Shown here piece after piece: positions 18,582 through 27,735 of a stretch of 37,300 nucleotides of DNA. The DNA is from a virus (Duplodnaviria > Heunggongvirae > Uroviricota > Caudoviricetes). The stretch lies in IMG/VR virus record IMGVR_UViG_2925908680_000006; one strand, given 5' to 3'. Numbering within the stretch: position 1 is the stretch's first letter; each line of letters begins with the position of its first letter. Made by a program: the position numbers and the translations under genes. The notes beneath the pieces are model-generated. The model was not told where the DNA came from. It saw only the letters and a program-made list of their open reading frames with translations, and made no database searches.

Positions 18582-18901
18582 TCGTCCTTCTCCTTCACCC
18601 TGCGATTAAAGGCCGTAATAACCTTGTCGCGTGCTTTCTCTGCGCCCATAAAACCGATTGATGCGCCGATAAACGTCACGGCATCTTCAGGAAAACCGAA
18701 GAAGCGCAACGACCCGGCCACGGCCATGGCAAGAACGCCGCACGCCAGCGATCCCGTTACGGTCTGAACCAGTGTTCGTCCGTCATAAAGACTCATCAGC
18801 GCGGAAATGCTGACCGCCGCGCCTACTGCATACACCGTTGGCAGGTGGTCAAAGAGCCACGCAATAACCTGCTCTGTGATCCCTGTTTGAATGGTGCTCA
18901 C
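18578..18901 (-). CDS. Putative holin
   Basis: About 107 aa from GTG at 18901, right after the X stop; 2-3 hydrophobic helices and charged C-terminus; start uncertain. Confidence 0.6.
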   Translation of the reverse strand: MSTIQTGITEQVIAWLFDHLPTVYAVGAAVSISALMSLYDGRTLVQTVTGSLACGVLAMAVAGSLRFFGFPEDAVTFIGASIGFMGAEKARDKVITAFNRRVKEKDE

Positions 18902-18903
18902 TG

Positions 18904-19104
18904 CTACTCCCCCCACAACTGAATCATTTCTCGTTTCTTCTTCTCCGGCTCCGGCATCTCCACTTCCTGCCCGGCGTCCAGAAATACCTGCTGACAGAGT
19001 CCGGGGTTGGCATCCAGCACCTTTTCGGTGACACCCTGCGTCGTGCCGTAGTACCGGAAACAGAGCGAATCCACGGTGTCGCCTTCCAGTGCCTTCACTT
19101 TCAT
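18904..19104 (-). CDS. X: Tail protein X
   Basis: 66 aa; MKVKALEGDTVDSLCFRYYG...VLDANPGL resembles remembered P2 gpX; ATG overlaps the L stop. Confidence 0.85.
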   Translation of the reverse strand: MKVKALEGDTVDSLCFRYYGTTQGVTEKVLDANPGLCQQVFLDAGQEVEMPEPEKKKREMIQLWGE

Positions 19105-19607
19105 CAGCACAACTCCGCAAAGATTCGCGGGCGGCACAGAATGTCAGAGATGGCCCAGCTCACATCGCGCCACAAATCCGATGTCTGTATATCCAGTGCG
19201 TCCGCCCGGCGGTCGCCCTTGTCCGTTGTGTCCGCATCGCGGTAACGCTCCAGAATCAGGGCGCGTGTGGCGGTGTAAACCGCATTGCGCCAGTGCCAGA
19301 GATTGACGCTTTCTCCGTTAATTACGGGTGCCGGAACATCGGCCAGCGTCTGATGGCCAGCCGCCTGCTGTTCCTGCTGCCACGCTTCCAGCTCGCGGGT
19401 AACGTGTGCCACGGCCCCGGTGGCGGTATGCAGCAGGCGGGAGGTGGTCACACGGCCCGGCAGTCGTACCGCCAGACGCAGCTCACGCAGCACAATATCC
19501 GGCCAGAATGCACCTGCTGAAATACGGGTATCACCATCATCGGTATCGGTGATGTCGTCCTCTGCGGGTCCGGGGTTGGTTCTGGCAACCATACTCATGG
19601 GGTTCAC
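19104..19607 (-). CDS. L: Head completion/stabilisation protein L
   Basis: 167 aa; position and size as P2 gpL. Confidence 0.85.
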   Translation of the reverse strand: MNPMSMVARTNPGPAEDDITDTDDGDTRISAGAFWPDIVLRELRLAVRLPGRVTTSRLLHTATGAVAHVTRELEAWQQEQQAAGHQTLADVPAPVINGESVNLWHWRNAVYTATRALILERYRDADTTDKGDRRADALDIQTSDLWRDVSWAISDILCRPRIFAELC

Positions 19608-19699
19608 TCCTGAAAAAATCGGGCGGTGGGTGCGCGGTGTAAACGGTCACGGAGTCAAACCGGAACACCGCGCACGCCGCCCGCTGACGGGGTCAGTCG

Positions 19700-20500
19700 T
19701 TAACCGCGCTTCGCCTTCTGCGTCGCGGTGGTTTTTCGTGTTGCAGGCTTCCGCGTTGTCTTTTTACTTTTGCTGCTTTCGTCCTGCGCCTGCGGTGTGC
19801 TGGCATCTTCTGGTGCGGCTGCGGAATCGGCTTTTTTCAGGGCGCGGGAAAGGGTTGCAATCTCGCGTTTCACACCTGCGTTCGGGTTCAGGTGCATCGC
19901 TTCGCGCAGCAGCTTCAGTGATGAGGCCATGCTGTCCGCATCGGTCAGGCCACGGCGGGCAAAGGCGCACGCTTTGCATAATTTGGCGCGCACTTCGTCC
20001 GGCATGTCCTGGTCGGTGACAATCTCCCGGAGGGTGTCCAGTGGTTCGATAAAGGCGGACAAATCCGCGTCGGCATCCGTCCCGGCCTGCGTCAGTACCG
20101 GATTACAGATTTCTTCGGTCAGTACCGTGGCAGCAGTACGTCCAAAGTTATCCGGCATGATGAGGTTGTGACGGACCACATATGCACCAATACGCAGCGC
20201 CAGCGGAAGATCGCCGCAGTCAATCGCCCACACCATCAGTGTGGCAATCACTTCATCCTGCTGCCCGCCGTCAGCCTCCAGCGTTCCCTCAATCCAGCCG
20301 GAAAAGTCCGGCAATAACTCTTTTTTGATGGCGGCTTTCGCGCTTCTGGCCTGTACGCCCTTAAGCCGGGCCTGTGCCAGACGCAGACGATACAGCACCT
20401 CTTCATGCGCGGTACGCGCGGCGTGGTCCACGCCTTCATTCGCCCGGCCTGCGCGCTGTGCCATCACGTTCTGCCAGTGTTGCTGTGCAGGAGTAATCAT
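19700..20500 (-). CDS. M: Terminase endonuclease (small) subunit M
   Basis: 266 aa with basic Lys/Arg-rich C-terminus; position as P2 gpM. Confidence 0.85.
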   Translation of the reverse strand: MITPAQQHWQNVMAQRAGRANEGVDHAARTAHEEVLYRLRLAQARLKGVQARSAKAAIKKELLPDFSGWIEGTLEADGGQQDEVIATLMVWAIDCGDLPLALRIGAYVVRHNLIMPDNFGRTAATVLTEEICNPVLTQAGTDADADLSAFIEPLDTLREIVTDQDMPDEVRAKLCKACAFARRGLTDADSMASSLKLLREAMHLNPNAGVKREIATLSRALKKADSAAAPEDASTPQAQDESSKSKKTTRKPATRKTTATQKAKRG

Positions 20501-20545
20501 TTTTTCTCTCCGTTACAGGCGGGCATGATGCCCGCCGTGAGGTGA

Positions 20546-21598
20546 TTAGCTGTCGGCGAACTTCAGGCCAGTGACCATCGCGCACTTGCCATAGTCTTCA
20601 ACGACATAAGCGTCATTGATGGACTGGTAGGTGGCGATGCGGTTGTATTCCGGCTCGTCTTTCATCAGGCGACGCATTGTTCCTTTCTGCCAGTAAATTG
20701 ACAGGTTGTTGAACGAGGTGATCAGCATCGTTGCATCCGGGAAGAACGGCGCAAGGAATACATCCAGCCCGCCAATGGCGCGCGATGACAGGATGAGCTG
20801 TCCGGCAAGTAATTCCGCATTGGGATTCTGGCCGCTGATGCTGTTCAGCACGGGCAGACGCAGCGAGTTAAACAGGTTGCGCCCCATAATCACCACGAGG
20901 TCGTCAGCTTCCTTGTGCCATTCATCCAGCAGGGATAAGCGCGCGTCCTGTACCAGTGCATCAGCGTTCGCATATTTACCCGCGTGCGCCACGGTGTTGT
21001 CCATGTTGCGGGAGGTCAGCGTTACATCATTCATAACGCGCTCGCTGGCGTCGGTTCTGATGTGCTCCAGCCATCCCACGTTAACGTCCTGAAGCAGCTT
21101 GTTAGTGCTGAAGTTGGACTCATCCGCGTGAGACGTGCCGTTGAAACCGATCATGATGCGGTCAAGCGCCACCTGCCGGGCAATCTGTGTGCTGACGCGG
21201 GACTGAAAATCAGGGTGTGCCGCCCAGGCATCAAGCTGCGGATACGAAATAAACGTGTCGTAGTTCACCTGTTCGCACTGGTATTTGCGGTTTTTCAGAT
21301 CAACCACGTTATTCGGGTTACGGCGTTTTGTGCCGTCATAACTGGTATTCGTGCGCGCAATCGGCCCGGTGGTGTCCAGGAGGATTTTTTCGCCTTTCTG
21401 GTCAGTCACACCGAACACGTTAATTTTTTTTGTAAATTCAGTGCTCTCCTTTACTGCGTTTTCAAAACGCTGCTGCACCGAGGGTTCCACGGTAAATCGC
21501 GATACCAGTGCAGATACCGGGATATTGTTAAGCGACGCCTGCTGCGCCATATAGCAACCCAGCTTGTTGCGGGTAATATCTGACATCACCAGATTCAT
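20546..21598 (-). CDS. N: Major capsid protein N
   Basis: 350 aa; FTVEPSV, ML.DV.VGWL, DLVVI.GR, NLSIY, DYVVEDY motifs match remembered P2 gpN. Confidence 0.92.
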   Translation of the reverse strand: MNLVMSDITRNKLGCYMAQQASLNNIPVSALVSRFTVEPSVQQRFENAVKESTEFTKKINVFGVTDQKGEKILLDTTGPIARTNTSYDGTKRRNPNNVVDLKNRKYQCEQVNYDTFISYPQLDAWAAHPDFQSRVSTQIARQVALDRIMIGFNGTSHADESNFSTNKLLQDVNVGWLEHIRTDASERVMNDVTLTSRNMDNTVAHAGKYANADALVQDARLSLLDEWHKEADDLVVIMGRNLFNSLRLPVLNSISGQNPNAELLAGQLILSSRAIGGLDVFLAPFFPDATMLITSFNNLSIYWQKGTMRRLMKDEPEYNRIATYQSINDAYVVEDYGKCAMVTGLKFADS

Positions 21599-21620
21599 AA
21601 AAATTTGCTCCTTTGTCTTA

Positions 21621-22457
21621 TCAGAAGTCAGCCAGCTGGTCGGAGGCTGCGCCCGTTGCGGTGAAGCGGTTCTGCGGATCGCCGTCCTGCGTGCGCAGTT
21701 TTTCCTTCAGTGCTGTCAGCTCTGTGGTCAGTGACGTGATTTTCTGGCGGTCCTGCTGATGGCGGGTTTCCAGCACATTAAAACGGTCGATAATGTCGGC
21801 CTGTGACGTTGCGACGCCTTCCACCGCTTCCTGAATACGGGAGAAACTGGCGTCATCCGCTTTGCGGCCACGACCAATAATCCCCATTACGCGGTTAAAC
21901 CACTGGGTGCCTTCTTCCTGGCGTTGTTCTGCCATTTCGATGATTTCAGACTCGATGGCTTCGGAAATGAGCGGTGCTTCACCCTGGACACTGTTGAACG
22001 TCATCACCGCCTGACGTTGCTGTGCCGTGAATTTCAGGCGCTCAGTGCCCAGGCTTGCCGGGGTGTCGGTCATCGCCAGCCCGACCAGATAGGCGCGCCC
22101 GTTAACGGAGAACTGCGGGTGCAGTTCGATACTGGAATAGATTTTCTTGCCGTCCGCGACAAGCTGCTTCATGCGCTCGGTCGGTTCGATTTCTGCATAC
22201 AGCGCAGTACGTCCGGCCAGCGGACCTTCCGTAATGTCTTCCGTACTCAGTGCGGTGACATCGCCCATTGCGGAAAATTCGCTTGACGGGCATGGCGAGA
22301 GATAGTGCTCAACGTTCACGCGGGCAGCGTAAACATCCGGGTTGAAGTTCTCGGCGGCTTCACGCAGATGCACCGGACTGATTTCACGGCCATCAACAGT
22401 TGATCCGGAGACAGCCACGCGAAACTTTTTGCGGGATGTCTTTTTTTCATTAGCCAT
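21621..22457 (-). CDS. O: Capsid scaffolding protein O
   Basis: About 278 aa from ATG at 22457; F...V.G.T.DGR.I, YLVGLA.TD.PASLGTE match remembered P2 gpO. Confidence 0.9.
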   Translation of the reverse strand: MANEKKTSRKKFRVAVSGSTVDGREISPVHLREAAENFNPDVYAARVNVEHYLSPCPSSEFSAMGDVTALSTEDITEGPLAGRTALYAEIEPTERMKQLVADGKKIYSSIELHPQFSVNGRAYLVGLAMTDTPASLGTERLKFTAQQRQAVMTFNSVQGEAPLISEAIESEIIEMAEQRQEEGTQWFNRVMGIIGRGRKADDASFSRIQEAVEGVATSQADIIDRFNVLETRHQQDRQKITSLTTELTALKEKLRTQDGDPQNRFTATGAASDQLADF

Positions 22458-22611
22458 AGTTTTTGCCCCTCTGACTGGTTCTTCAGTCATGATGGCAAAG
22501 CGTAACAGGCTGATACAAAGGGCTTTTGTTGTAAGAAAACGGCCAGAACAGGGGGTTAAGGAGAACAGTTTCGCGCGCGGGTAATCTTCCTGTAATTACT
22601 CAGGGGGAGCA
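22458..22611. promoter_or_regulatory. Divergent late promoter region between O and P
   Basis: 154-bp spacer between divergently transcribed O and P operons, as in P2; no specific promoter elements were located. Confidence 0.4.
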
Positions 22612-24363
22612 ATGATTCAGGACGCTTTTGTGCGCCAGCGTGCGCGGCAACTTTACTGGCAGGGTTATCCGCCCGCAGAAATATCACGTCTGATGGGAAT
22701 AAACCCGAACACGATTTATGCGTGGAAAAAACGCGACCAGTGGGATGAAACGCCACCCGTGCAGCGTGTCACGCAGTCCATCGATGCGCGCCTCATCCAG
22801 CTTACTGAAAAACAGAATAAAACAGGCGGTGACTTTAAGGAAATAGACCTGCTGACCCGGCAGCTTAAAAAACTGCATGATGGCCAGCCGGATGCGACGG
22901 CCACAGGAAAGAAAGGCCGGGCGAAAAAACTCAAAAATCATTTCACGCCGGAACAGATTGCCGCACTGCGGGAAAAAATCATCAGCAGGCTGGAGTGGCA
23001 TCAGCGGGGCTGGTTTGACTCCCTGACCCTTTGCAGGGAAGCCGGGATACGTAACAGGATGATCCTGAAATCCCGACAGATTGGGGCGACCTGGTATTTT
23101 GCACAGGAAGCACTGCTGATGGCGCTGCGTGACGATGTGGCGCAACCTTACCAGCGTAACCAGATTTTTTTGTCTGCGTCGCGTCGTCAGGCGTTCCAGT
23201 TTAAAAGCATTATTCAGAAGGCCGCGGCTGAAGTTGATGTGGAGCTGAAAGGGGGCGATAAAATCATCCTCTCCAACGGCGCAGAGCTGCATTTTCTCGG
23301 CACTTCTGCTGCGTCGGCACAGTCCTATACGGGCAATTTTTATTTTGATGAATTTTTCTGGGTCAGTCGCTTTGCTGAACTGCGCAAGGTGGCTGGCGCT
23401 ATGGCAACCCTCAGCGGACTGCGGCGCACCTACTTCTCCACGCCATCCACCGAAACGCACGAGGCATACGCCTACTGGAACGGCGACCGCTGGAACGAGA
23501 AAAAGGCCTCGCATAAACGCCAGCGCTTTTCTGTGGACTGGAAAACGCTGCATAACGGGCTTATCTGCCCTGACCGGACGTGGCGGCAAATTGTCACGCT
23601 GGAAGATGTGGTTAATCACGGCTGGAAACACACCGATATCGACGAAATTCGTGATGAAAACACCGAAGACGAGTTCCTCAATCTCTATATGTGTGAGTTT
23701 GTCCGCGAAGGGGAATCGGCATTTAACCTGAATATCCTGATTGGCTGCGGTGTTGACGGATACGACGACTGGAAAGACTGGAAACCTTTTGCTCCCCGCC
23801 CGATGGGGAATCGTCCGGTATGGATTGGGTATGACGCAAACGGCAGCAGTGGCAACGGCGACAGCGGCGCTGTGTCCGTGGTGGTTCCTCCGGCTGTTCC
23901 TGGTGGCCGTTTTCGAACGGTGGAGACGCGACGCGTTCAGGGGCTGGAGTTTGAAGAACAGGCCAGAGTCATTGAAGAGTTCACGTGTCGCTACAACGTG
24001 GAACACATCGGCATTGATGTGACGGGCGGGAACGGGGAGGCTGTTTATCAGATAGTGAAACGGTTTTTCCCTGCCGCTATTCCGTACACCTTCACGCTGT
24101 CATCAAAACGGTCGCTGGTACTGAAAATGCTGCAAATAATGCGTGCCGGGCGGTGGGAATACGATCGCGCCGAACGCGAGCTGGTCGCGGCCTTTAACGC
24201 CGTGCGTAAGGTGAAAACACCGGGCGGCTTTATCACTTACGAAACGGACCGCGCGAGGGGGATCAGCCACGGCGACCTTGCGTGGGCAACCATGCTTGCT
24301 GTCATTAACGAACCAATTGGCGGCGAAGGAGAAAACGAGCGTTTCACGGTTATGGAGTTCTGA
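22612..24363 (+). CDS. P: Terminase ATPase (large) subunit P
   Basis: 583 aa; N-terminal HTH-like region, Walker-type GATWYFAQEAL segment, size as P2 gpP. Confidence 0.92.
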   Translation: MIQDAFVRQRARQLYWQGYPPAEISRLMGINPNTIYAWKKRDQWDETPPVQRVTQSIDARLIQLTEKQNKTGGDFKEIDLLTRQLKKLHDGQPDATATGKKGRAKKLKNHFTPEQIAALREKIISRLEWHQRGWFDSLTLCREAGIRNRMILKSRQIGATWYFAQEALLMALRDDVAQPYQRNQIFLSASRRQAFQFKSIIQKAAAEVDVELKGGDKIILSNGAELHFLGTSAASAQSYTGNFYFDEFFWVSRFAELRKVAGAMATLSGLRRTYFSTPSTETHEAYAYWNGDRWNEKKASHKRQRFSVDWKTLHNGLICPDRTWRQIVTLEDVVNHGWKHTDIDEIRDENTEDEFLNLYMCEFVREGESAFNLNILIGCGVDGYDDWKDWKPFAPRPMGNRPVWIGYDANGSSGNGDSGAVSVVVPPAVPGGRFRTVETRRVQGLEFEEQARVIEEFTCRYNVEHIGIDVTGGNGEAVYQIVKRFFPAAIPYTFTLSSKRSLVLKMLQIMRAGRWEYDRAERELVAAFNAVRKVKTPGGFITYETDRARGISHGDLAWATMLAVINEPIGGEGENERFTVMEF

Positions 24364-25409
24364 TGAGCAGAAAAAATAAAAAAGTGCGCATGAGTTCACG
24401 CATTGATCTCGCTGATGCGCTCAGGAAAGAATCATCGCTCAGTGCATTCACATTTGATGGTCCTTATCGCCTGACCGGGCATGACCTGCTGGACAATATG
24501 TACTGTGCTGATAACGGGCGGTGGTATGAAACCCCGGTGGACTGGTACGGTCTGGCAAGAGCCGCCCGGCAAACGTCCTGGCATCAGTCTGCGCTTTACT
24601 TTAAGCGCAATGTATTGCTCGGTTGCTACATCCCGCACCCGCTGCTTTCCCGGCAGGATTTCTCGGCGCTGGCGCTGGACTGGTTTGTGTTCGGTAACGC
24701 ATTCCTTGAGCTTCGAAGCAATATGCTCGGCGAACCGCTTAAATTACGGCACGCCCTGGCGAAATACATACGACGCGGAAGCGATCTTGAATCATGGTGG
24801 TATGTGCAGGATGGCAAGGATGCGTTTCAGTTTCGCCCTGGCAAAGTGTGCCACCTGATGAATCCGGATATTAACCAGGAAATCTACGGCATGCCGGAAT
24901 ATCTTGGCGCATTACTCTCGGCCAGCCTTTCTCATTCGGCGGACATGTTCAGAAAACTGTACTACGACAACGGATCCCACGCCGGGTGCATCATCTACAT
25001 CGGTGCAGCGCAGGTAAACCGCGAAAGCATGGACTCCCTGAAAGAAACGTTACAGGGTGCGCGTGGTGGTGGTGCATTTAAAAACGTGCTCATTCATGCG
25101 CCCAACGGGGGCAAAGAAGGTGTGCAAATTTTGCCGTTCCAGCAGATCACCGCAAAGGATGAGTTCATGAATGTTAAGGCGGCATCCCGTGATGATGTAC
25201 TGGCTGCGCACCGCGTTCCGCCGCAACTGATGGGGGCGATGCCGGGTGAAAAAAGTGCGTTTGGTGATGTGGAGAAGGCCGCGCGAGTTTACGCAATTAA
25301 CGAGCTGATGCCCGTCATGGAGGCCATGAAGCACATCAATGACTGGCTTGGCGAAGAGGTGATCCGCTTTAACCCTTACGCACTGTTAGATACCCAGCCC
25401 ACATCCTGA
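24363..25409 (+). CDS. Q: Portal protein Q
   Basis: 348 aa immediately after P, reading towards the cos region as P2 gpQ does. Confidence 0.88.
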   Translation: MSRKNKKVRMSSRIDLADALRKESSLSAFTFDGPYRLTGHDLLDNMYCADNGRWYETPVDWYGLARAARQTSWHQSALYFKRNVLLGCYIPHPLLSRQDFSALALDWFVFGNAFLELRSNMLGEPLKLRHALAKYIRRGSDLESWWYVQDGKDAFQFRPGKVCHLMNPDINQEIYGMPEYLGALLSASLSHSADMFRKLYYDNGSHAGCIIYIGAAQVNRESMDSLKETLQGARGGGAFKNVLIHAPNGGKEGVQILPFQQITAKDEFMNVKAASRDDVLAAHRVPPQLMGAMPGEKSAFGDVEKAARVYAINELMPVMEAMKHINDWLGEEVIRFNPYALLDTQPTS

Positions 25410-25436
25410 CGCGCTTCGCTTGTCTGCTGCTTCGCC

Positions 25437-25459
25437 GGGGCATAAAAAATTTATGCCCC
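25437..25459 (+). terminator. Stem-loop after Q (possible terminator, no U-tract)
   Basis: ggggcataaa / tttatgcccc 10-bp stem 28 nt after the Q stop. Confidence 0.35.
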
Positions 25460-25599
25460 GACTCTCCAGCTCCTGTATCAGTCAGATAATTTCACGACGC
25501 TTTCCTGCTTATTGCCATCATCGACGGTCAGACTCTTACGCAATCCCACTGCGCTGACTGCATGTTCTCGCCGCCTCAGTGCGATTTTGACGGCCTTAC

Positions 25600-25870
25600 C
25601 TTTCACCCCATCAAACCAGAATCCCTCACGTATTTTTCACGCTCAGCGTGAGAAATACGGCCATTCTGTCGTGTCGCTGCGACATCGTTAAGGGAACGCT
25701 ATTTACCCCCTGAAACGCGGGCTGTTCCCCCGTCACCTGCGCGCAGAAAAAACGCGTTTTTTTGTGCACGCACGGATCCTTAACGGATCCAGCCGCCACG
25801 CGGGCCGGAAGGGCAAAAAGTCGTTCAAAAAAATTGTGCAAATTTGTGCACTATTGTGCAGCAGGGCGAT
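25600..25870. other. cos-containing region (predicted by synteny), palindrome-rich
   Basis: Lies between the portal gene 3' end and the accessory genes; 31-bp palindrome at 25629-25659; GC-rich stretch cacgcgggccggaagggca at 25797-25815 loosely resembles remembered P2/186 cohesive ends; three TTGTGCA repeats at 10-bp phasing (25834-25860). Confidence 0.3.
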
Positions 25871-25912
25871 GCGCGATTATCGCCCTGGTTTGAGGGAGAT
25901 CAGGTGTTATTT

Positions 25913-26437
25913 TTATCTGTCGTCGTGTTTCTCCTGCCACAATGCTTTTCCGCCAGCCTTTATGATGGCTCTTTCAACATCCCGCTCGTATCGCAAGGGC
26001 TGAAATACGTCATTAATGAAATATTCGCTTATGTCCGGAAGCGATACTGCAAAATTATTTGTTTGTTGCGCCGTCCGGCTATGCAGCAAAGCGGCATGCT
26101 TTAATGCGTCCTGTGCTTTCTGGAATTTAAGTGCATAGTCAGTGGCGATTTTTTCCAGTTCAGCGATTCGGTTGTCTTTAGTTTCCAGCCAATCAAGTAG
26201 CGCCAATACTTCAGGATCCCCGACATCCAACACTGTTACGCGCGATTTTTCATAATGTTCGTCGGCAAGAGTTCGACCAATTTTGAAATCTCCATCATCA
26301 CCATAACCGGAGCAGGCATAAACAACCTGTGCTCCAGATATTCGCTGAATTGACATTTCCTCGCCGCAAATAGGGCATTTCGGTACTGGCGCAGGTGAAT
26401 AGCGTTCGCGTAATGCCTGATAGTCAATCTTGCTCAC
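25913..26437 (-). CDS. Hypothetical protein with N-terminal CxxC zinc-ribbon-like motif and coiled-coil region
   Basis: 174 aa; CPICGEE...YACSGY; last gene of the three-gene accessory operon; start overlaps the upstream gene stop. Confidence 0.6.
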   Translation of the reverse strand: MSKIDYQALRERYSPAPVPKCPICGEEMSIQRISGAQVVYACSGYGDDGDFKIGRTLADEHYEKSRVTVLDVGDPEVLALLDWLETKDNRIAELEKIATDYALKFQKAQDALKHAALLHSRTAQQTNNFAVSLPDISEYFINDVFQPLRYERDVERAIIKAGGKALWQEKHDDR

Positions 26438-27024
26438 TGGTTGCCTCCTTTGTGTTGCGTCAGCTCTTCCTGCGCCTGCATCATGCGATTGACCTGAACG
26501 CGTGTGCGTCGAACGGCAAAATTAAATTGAAACATGAGCCGGAACATTTCTGAGGCTTCCGTGTGAACATCATGGAGAGGTGACAGGCGGTACAGTTCTG
26601 CCTCCGTAGCTTGTTGAATCAATGACAGATCAAATTGAAGTGCGGGTCTGGTACATTTTGCACATCTGGCAGCAAGCTCCGGCATCAGTTTCTTAACGAA
26701 GGTGTTTTGCACCGCTTTGTTGAGTTGTGTCTGCATCCAAATCGCAAATTTCAGCGAACGCATAAGTTTGATAGCCTCGGGCAGCGGCAGATAGATCATG
26801 CTGGTAGATTTGGGTGGTTGGTGAATCATCTTCACGGATACGCGATTTCGCAGCGTTCGGAAAATCGTGTTCCCAACAACAGCTTCTACGGATACAGGAC
26901 AGGGAGCCAGACCAGCCCGCAGTGCTTCTTTCATTAGCATGTATTCGTATTTTTTCATCGTGTTTTCCTCGTGCGGGGGGAGACAGTGCGCCCCGATAAA
27001 ATTAAAAGCCGTCAAATTCGTCAT
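26434..27024 (-). CDS. Hypothetical protein (no recognised domain)
   Basis: 196 aa ORF, possibly starting at the internal MKKYEY (26958); middle gene of the accessory operon. Confidence 0.55.
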   Translation of the reverse strand: MTNLTAFNFIGAHCLPPHEENTMKKYEYMLMKEALRAGLAPCPVSVEAVVGNTIFRTLRNRVSVKMIHQPPKSTSMIYLPLPEAIKLMRSLKFAIWMQTQLNKAVQNTFVKKLMPELAARCAKCTRPALQFDLSLIQQATEAELYRLSPLHDVHTEASEMFRLMFQFNFAVRRTRVQVNRMMQAQEELTQHKGGNQ

Positions 27025-27356
27025 TCATGCGTTTTTTCTTCATGGTCTGTCACTTCTCTTCTGATAATTTCATTGCACAAATCCACGCACTCATTGCAGA
27101 TGTAAACAGACGGTCCGGCAATCACCTTTATGACTTCGTGCTGGGATTTATTGCAGAAGCTGCAATAAATCGTCTTCTTGCCTGAAGTCCATGTTTTGCT
27201 GATTTCGCCAGACATCAGTTGCTTGATGTCTTTTTCACGACGAAGAACTATCTGGCCACATTCAGCTATTTTTTGGATGTTGACATTTTCTTCTTTCGCC
27301 AGCGCTTCCATTCGCTCAATCAGTCGCTGCGCTTTTTCTCTGTCAATGTGTTGCAT
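27021..27356 (-). CDS. Small protein with C-terminal ClpX-type C4 zinc-binding domain
   Basis: 111 aa; [39 protein letters not shown] is near-identical to the remembered ClpX N-terminal zinc-binding domain; helical N-terminus; AAGGGGGA SD. Confidence 0.8.
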   Translation of the reverse strand: MQHIDREKAQRLIERMEALAKEENVNIQKIAECGQIVLRREKDIKQLMSGEISKTWTSGKKTIYCSFCNKSQHEVIKVIAGPSVYICNECVDLCNEIIRREVTDHEEKTHE

Positions 27357-27419
27357 TGTGTCCCCCTTGTTTATGTTCCCGGATTAAAGTCATCAGGGCG
27401 GATGCGCCCTGATGTTGTG

Positions 27420-27731
27420 TTATTCGGGAAATAACGCCCGGATATTTCCGGCCATCTGACTGGTTATCTGTGCGGTTGATACTGGCTGTGACGCGGGGCA
27501 TTCTGTCCTGGTTTGTGTCACTGATAACGCCTCATCGTCAGCCCATGCAGCCAGTCGGTAAGCCTCTGCCGGATTCATTTTCAGAAGTGCCAGCCCGGCC
27601 AGAAAAGCCACGCGTTGGCCGCTTTTGCGGGCTTCTGGTGTAAGGCTGTCCAGCCAGGCGCATGCTTCGCTTTCGTTCTTGACGGCCGCAGGCTTCAGAT
27701 AGAAACTTATCCGTCTGGTTGGTGTCGTCAT
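27420..27731 (-). CDS. parR: ParR-like centromere-binding protein
   Basis: 103 aa from ATG at 27731; ISFYLKP...RVAFLAGLAL...NIRALFPE parallels remembered plasmid R1 ParR; directly downstream of parM. Confidence 0.7.
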   Translation of the reverse strand: MTTPTRRISFYLKPAAVKNESEACAWLDSLTPEARKSGQRVAFLAGLALLKMNPAEAYRLAAWADDEALSVTQTRTECPASQPVSTAQITSQMAGNIRALFPE

Positions 27732-27735
27732 TGGT

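Noticed and set aside
18578-19120. 180-aa ORF as a single protein
   Set aside because: Its N-terminal 70 codons overlap gene X in another frame and are Gly/Arg-rich; only the C-terminal hydrophobic part from an internal GTG near 18901 looks like a real holin
22684-24006. 440-aa minus-strand ORF antisense to terminase P
   Set aside because: Fully inside the terminase large-subunit gene, which has clear homology; no recognisable features of its own
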